Assembly: GCA_028534125.1 (NCBI GenBank)
Contig: CM052817.1
Coordinates: forward strand, 19,594,001 to 19,658,000
Length of the DNA: 64,000 nt
Direction of reading: 5' to 3'
Source: Lama glama
Lineage: Eukaryota
Under the pieces are notes generated by a model. That model saw only the letters and a program-made list of their open reading frames with translations, ran no database searches and was not told where the DNA came from. The translations under genes were made by a program, and so were the position numbers. This document shows positions 24,681-36,490 of the stretch, piece after piece; positions within the stretch are counted from its first letter, which is position 1, and the number at the start of each line of letters is the position of its first letter.

Positions 24681-25871
24681 TTTATCTGCAAGCCCATAAT
24701 TTACTTGTTTGGCATTTTCTGAAAACGTGTTGAATATTTGAATAGGATCTTCTCTCAGTTTAGTAAAATAAAGAATTTGTTTCTTCTCTAATATGAAAAA
24801 AGAAATAACTCTGAGTCAGAATGCATTTTCCCTAGCTGTACAATTAGATTGTTTTCATTCAAGTTTTTGCATAGACTTATGAAGTGCAGACCTAGCGTGG
24901 ATGGTCATAAGTAAGTTATGCTTAGGGCAACGTCCTACACTGGCAAACTCTCATTGATCTAACACCTTTGGTAACATTTTTCAGGATCACAAATGACTCT
25001 TTGTGAACAGTGATTCAGATGTGAATTTTCAATATGACATCGTGTCTGTGGATTAATGATAATTGTTCCTGACATCTGTTGAATTATAGTATCTACTAAT
25101 GAAAATATTTTTACTTATTGCCTTTCTTCTATTGTAGTAAAGAATGAAATTAGTAACCCCCGCTATCCTTCTCATGATGACTGGCAAGTAAAGGGCATAG
25201 TCTTGTAGTTGACAGTGAACGAATTGCCTCTTCTTCTTCCTGAGGGCAGTTGGGGCATGATATTTTCTTACTTTTCCACCAGTGAGGAATGGGTAAATCT
25301 CTTACAGCTCTGTGATTGGATTCCATTTGTATAAGGTTTGTCTGTCAAATTGATACATGATATGACATAAATCAGAGCCATCTAAATCTTTACACCTAGC
25401 TGAATTAGTGCTTCTCTTATATCTAATGATCTCACAGTCTGTCACAAATGAACCCATTACAACCCACTTTGAATTGTTCTACTGTGACTTCTAACTTTGC
25501 TTTCAAATCTCACTTTAAGCCCAAATATTATCTTTCTATCTTATGGGCAATAAATGATGTGTAGGTTGGCATAGCATAAATCAAGGGTAACTTGAGGCTC
25601 AAAAACTTGAAAATGAGATTGCCTCAAGAGAGAAATTAACAACCTAATAATGTATATGATCAGTGACATATAAATTCTTCTGAGTGTGACAGAATAGCTG
25701 CTGGGAGGGAGTAAACCTTTGACTTATTAACACATCCAAATAGAAGTGCCACAATTAAAAGAGATTTGATGAGGAGGAAGGGGATCAAGTAAATGATTTG
25801 GCCATTTGCCCAAGTATATAGACCATTGAATTTGGAGGATATATGTTGGAAGTTTTGCTGATATCAATGAT

Positions 25872-26105
25872 GTCTACTAACATTTATGTATTGCATAACT
25901 TGTTCCAGGTCCTATTCTAAGGGCTTTATGAAAATTACTTTATGTGATGCTCACAATAGCCCTATGAGGTAAATTTTCTTTTTAATTTTACTTGGCAGAC
26001 AAGGAAACACAGGACTTGGGGATTTTAAGCAATGGGCCCAACATTCCACAATCAGTAAGTGTTGGAAATGAGATTGAATTCCATAGCCCCTCTCTCTCTA
26101 ACCAT
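25872..26105 (-). mobile_element. MIR
   Basis: ctactaacatttatgtattgc...ccaggtcctattctaagggcttta...ctcacaatagccctatgaggt...aaggaaacacagg...gagattgaattcc. Confidence 0.75.
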
Positions 26106-27697
26106 TTCTTGTACTTGGTAAGGTGAAGGGTGATGGGGAGGGAGAAGACTTTGTTTTCCCATTTTCATCTGTGAAACTTGACTGGAAATTTTTTATTCCT
26201 AACTGTTTTTGACTCTGGTGAGCATCAACTGAGAAATTGTACAAGGAAAACATTTGCTCAAATATTGTGTGGCTTTACGTCTCAGAGCCTCTTGAACCAT
26301 TACTCAGCAAGTGTTACTTGTTAATACTCTGGAAATTCACTGGTAGAGTAATAACGTGCTTTCAAGACCACACTGACATGTTAGAAAGGATAGTATGATT
26401 TGAAGGTATATATCAGAGAGGCGATCAGTACAATAGGTAGTAACGCAAGTGTAAGGAGTGTGACCTTAGTGATGAATCTGGTGCATGAAAGCAAGTAGCC
26501 AAATACCCACAAGTCAAGGGGTGTGTTTGTGAAGCCTGGTAATTAATGAGACCTGAAGCTACCATGACTATTGCTACCTGTAGTTGCTTCAGAGGACAAA
26601 CCTCTTTACACTTCTGGGTATACTTAATTTATAAATAACACAAGTATTTGTGGACACACTGATACTTCCCTCTAGAATTGTCAAATAGCCACACAATTAG
26701 CTGTGAATGAATTATTAAGGTTTTCAGACAATGTTCTCTGTGTGTATGGGAATTAAGGTAATTGCATTTTCCTTTATAATTCTTCATCCTTTACATGTTA
26801 AGCTTCATATAGGTTTAATTAATATTTAAATTTTGATTTGAATTACTATATTATGTTTCACTCAATCTCCTGCTAGTTATTAAATTACTTGAGAGGAATT
26901 AGCAACTGAGATTATTTGCTGTTACACATCCACAGAAAATAACTAGATTAGTGCTTTCCAACTCTTTTTTAATCATGGCACATATGACAAATCTTTATCA
27001 TGGTGCCTGGAAGAAGGCGTCACTGCCTTTGGGACTGAGGAAAATAATATCTGGGTAGATCACTATATTGTGACTCAGTGTTTGGCAAACTGTGAGAATG
27101 GTGGCAGTATTCATTTCAAAGAATAGTTAGTGAGTCACAATGAGTTAGAAACTTACAGAGTCATTGACATGAAGAGGCAAAAAAATAATGTTTTTATTCC
27201 TAGAAAACTGAATATAACCTTGTATTAAGTAACCCTTTCAAAGTCTTCTTCAAATTAAAATATTTACTTCTGACCAAAAAATATAATCTGTTTTGATCGA
27301 CTTCAGTATGTCTATGGGAACTTTTGTCCTAGCTTTGGTGGAAAAATCTATTCAAGGAAAAATATAGGATTTCTTTATCAAGGAACATGGATTAACTCTA
27401 ATATTAAAACTAAACAAGCCTATTACAAAAGAAAATTTATCTACCAATTTTTAACATAGATAGATTCAAAATCCAAATACCTCACGTTTTATAAAAAGTG
27501 GGTGAAATTCATTGTGTGAGGATTTGGGAAATTTCTTTAAAAAAGTTTAATTAACTGTAGGCAATATTTTGCACTCCGTCCATTTCCTCATTAAACTTTA
27601 CTTATTTATTTATTTGCATGAAATACAGATGTGATGATTGGACCTCTAGTATTCACTCTGAAACTGTGAGACAGCAGAATGGTAAGATAAGAGAAAG

Positions 27698-29700
27698 AGA
27701 CATTCACTCCTTCATCCAGTCAATAAATATTTTTGATACACCTATTAGATTAAAACTTTGTTATCAAGCACTATGTTACTCCAGATTTGTGGGATTCTTC
27801 AGTGAAGAAAACAGACAAAATTCTTTATCTACATAGAATTGTATTAAATTGATGATAAATAAAATGGAAAAAAAATAAACAAGAAATTATGTAGTATGTT
27901 AGAGAGTAGTAAGAACTAAGTAGAACATACAAAGCAGTGATGAAAACAGTAGTTTATTGGGTGGAAAGGGAGTGCATTTTACTTAGGGTTGCCCAAAGCA
28001 CCTTACTGAAGAGTGATTTTGAGAACAGACGTGATCCCATGGGAGAGAAAGTCATCTTGCTATTCAGAACAAGACCTTTTTGGGAAAAGGAAAGAGCAGA
28101 GGCAAAAACCTGTGATAAGAGAGGTCTGGGCATGTTTGAGGAACCTTAATGAGGCACCTGTAGCTGGATAGAGAAAACTGGGAAGAGAATTATAGAATTA
28201 AAGTCAAAACATTTATAGAAGCCAGATTTGGTAAAGCCTTGTAGGTCACAGTAAGATCTTTGCTGTGGCTTGATGTTTGGGTCCCCTCAAATTCAAATGT
28301 TGAAATCCTAATCCCCAATGTGATGGTACTCTGAGGAAGGGGAGCTTTGGGATGTGATTAGGTCATGAGGGTGGAGCCCTCATTACCCAGTTTAGTGCCC
28401 TTATAAAGGAGACCCTAGAAAGATCACTTGTCCCTGCTGCCATATGAGGACACAACAAGAAGATGGCTATGAGGACCCAGGCTCTTGCCAGACACCGAAT
28501 CTGCTAGTGGCTTGAACTTGGGTTTCCTAGCTTCAAGACCTTGAGAAGTAAAATTATTTTGTCTATAAGCTACCCAGTTTGTGGTATTTTTGTTACAACA
28601 GTTCAAATGTACTAAGACAATATTGACTTTTAATGTGTGTGGGATGAAAAGCCATTGGAAAAATTTTAGCATAATGTTGGCTTGATTTGACTCACACATT
28701 AGTATAATTTTTCTGGCTACTGTGTTGATAATATGGGCAAAGGTACAAACTGGAAAAACTAGTTAGGGGTGTATGGAAATAATTCAAATGAAATTTGGTA
28801 GAGAATTGGATTTGGGTGGTATAGGAGGGCTGGTGAGAGGTGGTGGAATTCTGGTTATATCTTGATGGGTCATCCTAAAGATTTGCTGAGAAACTAGATA
28901 CAGTGTGAAGAGAGAGAAGGTGGAGTCAAGTATGACCCCCAACTTTCTGATCTGGAACAACTGGAATGGTGGAATTTCAATTAATTCAGATAAAGAAGGT
29001 AGTTGAAGGAGCATGATAGACAGGAGAGGGAGCACATCAGGAGGTCAGTTATGGAAATGGTTAAGTTTGAGATGCTAATTATATGCCCAAGTGTGAATAT
29101 AAAGTTGGTATTGGAGTTTTGTTCTGTGAAAGTCTAAGGAGAGATCTGCACAGACATACGCATTTGAGAGCCAGCCACGCGTGGATGGTCATTGATGCCA
29201 TGAGTCTGAATGAGATGACCAAAAGAACAGATGTAGATAGAATTGTTTTTTTAAATGCAAAGACTTAGACTTCAAGTAGATGAAGAAGAATCCATAAAAG
29301 AAACCAACAAAGAGGAACCAGTGATATGATAGGAAAACCAGTAATGTAGTGTGCTGGAAACCAAACAGAAAAGAATGTTCATGTGTGTCACTTTCTTCAG
29401 ATTTGGAAAACGGCCATTCGTTTCAGCAACATGGAGGTCATTGATGGCCTTTGGATAAAAGCAAGTTCAAAGGAGTAGGAGATTAAAAGCATGACTGGAG
29501 TGATTTTAGGAGAATGTTGAAAGCAGCAAGTACAGAAAACTACTATAAATTGTTGTGCTCTAAGAGAAGGGAGACAAATGGTGCAGTAACTGGACTGGAG
29601 TGTGGGATCTAGGAAGAATATTTTATTTATTGGAGAAACACGCTACATTTAAATATTGGTGGCATTGATTCAGGAGAGAGCAAAGAGAAATAAATTTCCA
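27698..29700 (-). mobile_element. Long L2 (L2a-like), 3' end at left, interrupted by an MLT1A LTR; resumes after the L1 at about 32247
   Basis: cattcactccttcatccagtcaataaatattt tail, then aaaacagacaaaattc, gcatgtttgaggaac, ggaattctggttatatcttga, aagtttgagatgc, ttcagcaacatggaggtcattgatggcctt. Confidence 0.85.
28261..28619 (+). mobile_element. MLT1A-type MaLR solo LTR
   Basis: TG...CA ends, aaattcaaatgttgaaatcctaatccccaatgtgatggta, tgattaggtcatgagggtggagccctcat and tataagctacccagtttgtggtatt. 5-bp flanks atctt / atatt fit a TSD with one mismatch. Confidence 0.9.
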
Positions 29701-29725
29701 TAACAAATTTTTTTCCTTTTTTTTT

Positions 29726-29817
29726 AAGTTTTAATGTGCAAATGGATCACATGAGGACCTTGTTAAAATATCAGTTCTAATTCAGTCACCTTGGCGACAG
29801 CCTGAGAACATTTTTAT
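29726..29817 (+). mobile_element. MER5-family hAT DNA transposon, half copy
   Basis: tttaatgtgcaaatggatcacatgaggaccttgttaaaatatcagttctaattcagt...gcctgaga matches the first half of MER5A1/B. The terminal inverted repeat is replaced by a T-tract and the second half is absent. Confidence 0.75.
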
Positions 29818-29831
29818 GTTGCTGTTGTTGA

Positions 29832-29866
<35 letters not shown>
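29832..29866. repeat. (TTA)n microsatellite at the L1 tail
   Basis: About 11 perfect tta units next to the antisense L1 3' end. Confidence 0.95.
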
Positions 29867-29868
<2 letters not shown>

Positions 29869-31826
29869 CTTTTTTCTCCTTTTACCCATTTCTTCCATCC
29901 CCCCTACCCCCAAAATATGGCAATCACCAGAGGTGTTCTCTTTATCTATAAGCTTATTTCTGCTGTTTGTTTGTTTTAGATTCCACATATAAGTGAGATC
30001 GTACGGTATTTGTCTTTCTCTGTCTGACCTTCTTCACTTAAAGTAACACCTTTGAGGTCCATCCATGTTGTTACAAATGGCAAGAATTCATTCTTATTAT
30101 GGCTGAGTTATACTCCATTATATGTATACACCACATATTCTTTATCCATTCACCTATCAAGGGGAACTTAGGTTGTTTCCATTTCATAGTTACTGTATAT
30201 AATGCTTCAGTAAACATGAGAATGCATATATTCTTTCCAATTAGTGGAAATTTTGGTATCTTTGGATAAATACTCAGTAATTGAATTACTGGACCATATG
30301 GTAGTTGTATTTTTAATTTTTTTGAGGAACTTCCATACTGTTTTCCATAGTGGATGCGCCAATTTACATTCCCACAAGCAGTTCACTAGGGTTCTCTTTT
30401 CTCCACATTCTTACCAACACTTGTAATTTTTTGTCATTTTGCTAGTAGCCATTCTAACAGATGTGGAGTGATATCTTCCTATGGCTTTGATTTGCATTTC
30501 CCTGATGATTAGTGATGTTGAGCATCTTTACATGCAACTGTTGACCATCTGTATGTCTTCTTTGGAAAAATATCTATACAAATTCTCTGCCCATTTTTTA
30601 AAAATTGGATTGTTTGTTTTTGCTACTGAGTTGTATAATTTTTTATATATTTGAATATTAACTCCTTGTCAGATATATAATGTGCAAAAGTTTTTTTTTC
30701 ATTCAGTAGGTTGCTTTTTCAATTTTTTGAAGGTTTCCTTTGTTGTGCAGAATTTTAGTTTGATGCAGTCTCACTTGCTTAATTTTGTTGCTTTTACTTT
30801 TGGTCTCAGACAGAAAGATCATTGTTAAGACTGATGTTAATGAATTTACTGCTTATGTTTTCTTTTAGGAGTTTTATGGTTTCAGGTCTTAAATTCAAGT
30901 ATTTAAGCTATTTTAAGTTAATTTTTGTGTATGGTGTAAGATAGTGGTTGAGTTTCATTCTTGCATATGGATGTCCAGTTTTCACAACATCATTTATTGA
31001 AGAGACTATCATTTCCCAATTGTGTATTCTTGATTCCTTTGTCATAAATGAATTGACCAAATATGTGGGTTTATTTCTGGCATCTTTATTCTGTTCCATT
31101 TATCTATGTGTCTATTTTTATGCCAATACCATATTGTTTTAATTACCATAGCTTTGAAATACAGTTTGAAACCAGGAGCATGATGCATCCAATATTGTTT
31201 TATTTTTTATCAAGATTGCTTTGGCTATTTGGGGTCTTTTGTGGTTCCATACAAATTTTAGGATTATGTGTTATATTTCTATGAAAAATTTCATTGGAAT
31301 TTTGATAGGAATTGAATTGAATCTGCAGATTTCTTTGGGAAGTATAGACATCTTAACAATACTGATTCTTCCAATCCTGAGCATAGAATATCTTTTCATT
31401 TCTTTGTATCTTCTTCAGTCTTTCATTAGTGTTTTGTAGTTTTCAAGACACAGATTTTGCATTCCCTTTGTTACATTTATTTCTGGATATTTTATTCTTT
31501 TTGATTCAATTGTAAATGTGATTGTTTTTCTTAATTTCTCTTTCTGATAGTTTGTTACTAGAGTATATAAATGCAACAAATTCTTATGTACTGATTTGTA
31601 TCCTGTCACTTTACTGAATTTATTAGTTCTAACAGTTTTTTGATGGCTTCCTTAGGGTTTCTGTATATAACACTATGTCATCTCCAAATAGTGACAATTT
31701 TAGTTCTTCCTTTCCAAGTTGGATGTCTTTTATTTCCTATTCTTGCCTAATATTTCTGGCTAGGACTTCTAATACTATGTTAAGTAAATTGGCAAAAATG
31801 GGAATAATTATCTTTTTCTTGATCTT
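29867..31826 (-). mobile_element. L1 ORF2 3' half plus 3' UTR (non-inverted segment)
   Basis: ttagattccacatataagtgagatc, ttgatttgcatttccctgatgattagtgatgttgagcatc, gtcactttactgaatt and ctggctaggacttctaatactatgtt. It ends at the sequence corresponding to RSGTRQGCPLSP of the RT domain. Confidence 0.93.
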
Positions 31827-31829
31827 GTC

Positions 31830-32240
31830 TTATACCCTGATGCCAAAACCAAAGATGCCACAAGAAAAGAGAATTATAGGCCAATATTCTTGATGAACAT
31901 AGATGGAAAAATATTCAACAAAATATTTTGTCAGTTCAAACCAAGTTCAACAATACAATAAAGAATCATATAACATGATCGAGTGTGATTTATTCCAGGG
32001 ATGCAAGGATGGTTCAACATCAGCAAATCAGTGAATTTGATGCACTACATTAAAAATTATGGATAAAAATCATATGATCATCTCAATGGATGCAGAAAAA
32101 GTGGTTGACAGGATTTAACACTCATTTATGAAAAACTCTTAACAAAGCAGGTATAGAGGGAACACACCTCAACATAATAAAGGCCATATATGAGAAGCAC
32201 AAAAGTAATGTCATATTCAAGGGTAAAAAGTTGTAGAAAA
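31830..32240 (+). mobile_element. L1 ORF2 RT fragment (inverted 5' segment of the same insertion)
   Basis: Reads TLMPKP, RKENYRPIFLMNIDGKIFNKI, FIPGMQGWFNISKS, DKNHMIISMDAEK and NVIFKGKKL on the + strand, opposite to the adjoining L1 segment. Confidence 0.92.
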
Positions 32241-32246
32241 TTTCTT

Positions 32247-32700
32247 GAATGGCAGAAAGGGACTTCGGTCTCAAGAGAAAATTTCAGAGTTATTCTTAGC
32301 CAGGACCATGAACTCTTCAAAAGAACAGAAGATATAAAAGAGCACATGGGAACAGACAGTAATTAGAAAAGGAGATAGGAGTTTCTAGAAGTTTCTTTTT
32401 TTGTTTTAATTTGTATAGAAAGAAAGGTTGAAGTTCAGAGAGGGAATGAGGGAGAAAGATATTGGAGTTTTGAAGACACAGGGGAATAAACAAAATTAAT
32501 CTGGAGAGGAGAAGATAGAATGTAATTGGGCACAGAATAATTGTCAGGCAGCATCAGAGACTTTCTAGAGATTAATGATTATGAGTTTATTATGATACCA
32601 GTCAACACGTTTGTTTTTTTTCCAAACAGGTCCTCATCTTTAATGTTGGAATTATGTAATATGTAGAGTTGGATTTAGGCTTTATGATAGAGTGTTTCTA
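32247..32700 (-). mobile_element. Continuation of the L2 interrupted by the L1 insertion
   Basis: cttgaatggcagaaagggac...ttcttagccaggaccatgaac...gggaatgagggagaaagatattggagttttgaagac continues the antisense L2 pattern. Confidence 0.55.
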
Positions 32701-32879
32701 CTAGACCAGCCCCCAACTTGTCTACCTCTGGACTTATATTTTTGGAAGATAATAGTAAACTATCAATTTGTTTAAGCTACTGTTTTTCAGGTCTCTGTTG
32801 GTAGTAGTCAAATACATTTCTAACTTACCAAAACATGATATAAAGTCAATTAGGCTGAAGCCAAACAAAAAACAAATTA

Positions 32880-33090
32880 ATATACATTTTGAAAAGTGAA
32901 ACTTAGAACTGTTATTTACAAACATAATTATCTACTAGAAATCCTAAAAAATCAGCTATAAACTACTAGAATAAAAGTAATCTAGTTAAATGAATTAAAA
33001 AATACACAAATATTCATAAATCAAAAGTTCATCTATAAACTATCAATAAAAATTCTAAAAATAGAATAAAATGACTAGTTAAATGAACAA
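32880..33090 (+). mobile_element. Very old L1 ORF2 fragment (L1ME-like)
   Basis: ttatttacaaacataattatctactagaaatcctaaaaaatcagctataaactactagaataaaa...aaatcaaaagttcatctataaact. Confidence 0.55.
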
Positions 33091-33389
33091 AACTACAATT
33101 TTTTTTTGCTGTAGCAATGTTTATTTGCATCAAGAAAAATATCTAAGTCATTAATTCATGTCCATTTATATTTAAATTCAATGTAATAAGCATAAGAAGA
33201 TTTTTGGTGAGTATATTGCCACATACTCAAATGAACAGATTTGTTCTATTTTCTTTCTTGCAAATGCATAAATTTTAATTTCTGATACATGAGTCAAATA
33301 ATCTGGTTTCTTTTCTACTTATTTTGAACAGGTCTCTTTTTCCTTGTATTTATCTACAAAAGCAATCTTTCCTATCTTGCATATAATGC

Positions 33390-33560
33390 ATTGCATGTTA
33401 CCAGACTTCATTTGATCCTCAGAATATTACAATGGATACTGCATTCTCATTTTATAGAAGAGAAAGCAGTAGCAAATATATGGCAATTTCATTAATGTAA
33501 ATTATGTAGGAAGTGGTGATAATCAAATTGAAAGGTAGGATTTCTAATTCCAAATTTATT
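33390..33560 (-). mobile_element. MIR
   Basis: ttcatttgatcctcag...ctcattttatagaagagaaagcag...aggatttctaattccaaa. Confidence 0.55.
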
Positions 33561-33574
33561 CCCCATTGGGTAAA

Positions 33575-33940
33575 TAATTAGCTCTGCTCATTGGTACCTG
33601 GTTCTTCACACTTTCTGAGCAGATAAAAGGAGGGACTTCCCAGCCCCCATTATGTTTAGATGAGGTCACATGACTGATTCTGGCCAATGAGTAATGATGT
33701 ATGTCATGTGTATTCAATTGCTGGTGTAGGCATTCTCCTTTCTGTCTGGCACTGTGCCTAGTAACATTTAGATGATACCTGTCCTGTCAGTAACTATTTG
33801 ACACACTGACTGCTTGAGTGACAGTGAAGCCAACCTGCAGCAGACATATGACATTTAGGTGACATAAAACTTTGTTATTTAACCCACTAAGATTTTGGAG
33901 TGTTTTATGTCCTTCATATAATATAGACATTTGTCTTCAC
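33575..33940 (+). mobile_element. MLT1 (I/J-like) MaLR LTR
   Basis: acttcccagcccccatt...gaggtcacatgactgattctggccaatg...ataaaactttgttatttaacccactaagattttggagtg. Confidence 0.7.
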
Positions 33941-35048
33941 AACTATCTCTTAGAGTTTCTGTAAGTCAAACTTATAGTTTCTATATTTTTTTTAAAAATG
34001 ATTAAAACTCTTCAACTTCCATGTAAATTATGGCTCTTTATTTTATAAAATAATGGCCATAAATATAATTTTATTCAGAAATATGTAAAATTAATTTTGA
34101 TGTTTCAGAAAGATAATGATTTCTTAATCAGGCAGGGAAGTTATATATTCGAAAGTCATAATCACAAATCCCAAGGCTATGTGAAATACCTTAGTAATTT
34201 TCAAGTGGAAAATATGCTTAAAATACTGTTTGAAAAGGTAATTATTTTAAATGTTCATATCCACATGAAATATTTATACATCTATCTCTCTGTATATAAA
34301 AGGTAATAAAGACGAGTACAGAAAATTCTAGGAAAACTTTAAAGGTGTAAAACCCAACCACCAGATGGACGGTGGAACTGACAAAATAGGATATGAAACA
34401 GTCTTTGTTTTCAAGGAGAGGAAATGCAGGAGGAATTTTATTTTGAGCTATAACTATTACAATGCTTATGCTTTTCTCTTTCAATTTTGAAATACTGGAG
34501 ATGTCTGAAGATTAACCACTACAACTTCTTCAGGGGAGAAGTAGCTTAGCTGAGAATTATGCTGGCCAGTCCATCTGAAAAGAACATATTTTGATTGAAG
34601 AGCCAGCGAAAGAGCTTTGCAGTATATAAGAGATCTGCAGCAAAGAAGAGACTGAGAAAATTCAGACTTGTGCATAATGGTTAGAAACACTCATTGAACT
34701 GAAAACATTCATTCCTTGTGTATGACATCCTTGAAACCAAAAATTCAAAATTGCATACTAAGTGTTACAGTGACAAAGGAAGCACTCAGACTGACCACAG
34801 CCTCTGAACAAATGACAAAGCACTAAAGTCATTTCACAGATGTTGAAATTATGAAGAAATAAAGCAAATGTTTATATTCTATTTACTAAAATTCATGGCA
34901 ACGGGTCAAGTGGCAAAGTCTTCCTATGCTTCTTTGTTTCTCCAGTGACCTTATCACCAACCAGAACTATAGAAAGCAGGACAAATACACAGGGATTATA
35001 TCACTCCAGCACAAGGATATTCTTTGAATTTTCAGGAGAAAAAGATAT

Positions 35049-35307
35049 GGCCCTAGTCCAATATGAGTCGTATCTTTATAAAAGGGGAAATCTAGAGACA
35101 GATACACACAGAGGGAAGGTGATATAATGCTACACAGGGAGAAGACAGCTACCTACAAGCCATGGAGAGTCCTGGAGTAGAGCTTTCCTTCACAGCTCTC
35201 ATAAGTAATCAATATTTGCAACAACTTGATCTTGGACTTCTAGCCTCCAGAACTGTGAGACAATACATTTCTGTGGTTTGAACACCCAGTTTGTTGTATT
35301 TTGTGAC
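35049..35307 (+). mobile_element. MLT1B-like MaLR LTR, partial
   Basis: ggccctagtccaatatga...tataaaaggggaaat...cttgatcttggacttctagcctccagaactgtgagacaatacatttctgtggttt. Confidence 0.85.
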
Positions 35308-35889
35308 TGAAAGAAAAGTTATTTTTAATTTCGCATTATTGCCATCTCTGGTGATCCAGGTTGGTTACACTCTTGCAAAAATAGAGGTGGCCAATAATCA
35401 ACTTGGTTGCAATCAACTCCATGTGCTCATCTTATTACCCCAAGTTTTATTTATTTATTTAGTTAGTTCTTTTTCATCCTTTCTACTTTCTCTGGAAGTA
35501 ACTGTTAGGTGCTCTGAGTCTATTTGCCTTACACGGAAAAGTCGCACCCTCAGTGTTTTCCTCTGATCCATTTTTACACTTGAAAGTACTTACTGTGCAA
35601 CATCTAAATCCATTTATTGCCAGGTGATTTAATTTTAGTCAGTCTTTGTGACTCAAAGTATTTCCTAAAGTTTTACTTTTATGATTCTAGTTGGACAAAA
35701 GTTGCCTCTTTCTGTTCAATTAGAACCAAATTTCTGTACTCTTCATTCTCCTTTAATCATATTTGTGAACTGCCTTTTTTTTTGGGGGGGGGGAGCATCT
35801 CTTTCCTGGGCTACCTTGTAAAATGCAAAAGAATGGTAAACTACACCTGCTATTAGCATTTTATTTTTCCAAATTCTTTCTGTAAAGTT

Positions 35890-36490
35890 ACAAGTTCAAA
35901 AAACAATTTCAAATTTATTAGATCCAATCTCTCTTTCAAGTTATACATGGATCAATGTCTCACCAAATGTTTACATTGACACTAATAACCATCCTTCCAG
36001 CCTTCACTAATGGGTCTGCCACCCGACTCTCAAGACAATGCTGCATATTTTAGGTACAGTATTACTTTAATGTCCCATTCCCTGTACCAATCTGTTTATG
36101 AATCAGGATAAGCTCGGTTAGGTTTCAATAACAAATTTAAAAGCACAATAATCTATAGTTAGAAAGGTTTGTGTTTTTATTTTTACTTTTCCTATCATCC
36201 GACACTGGCAAGTGAGCTGGGGTACCCATACTAGTTGTTCCCGAACAGAGATTCAGGCTAATGGAACAGAAAAATATGGAATGATGCTATCAGAGTTGAA
36301 AAGAAAAATAGAACACCGATTGTTCTCACATAACCATAATGTGATTGGTCTGAAAGTGAGACAATATCACTTGTGTTTAAAATTCATTGATGAGAACAGG
36401 TCACGTGGTCCCAGGTAACAAGAGTCTGAAGACATGCAGTTCTGCTATGAGTGTTAATGGAAGGATGAACTGAGACATTTGACAAGAGTA
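35890..36490 (-). mobile_element. Old MaLR: MLT1 LTR (about 36092-36490) plus adjoining internal sequence
   Basis: catattttaggt...tcccattccctgtaccaatc internal junction followed by tgtttatgaatcaggataagctcggttagg...aataacaaa and cacttgtg...ttcattgatgagaacaggtcacgtggtccc. Confidence 0.55.

Noticed and set aside
30244..32347. Several 60-73 aa ORFs
   Set aside because: Fragments and alternative frames of decayed L1 ORF2, with no intact ORF.
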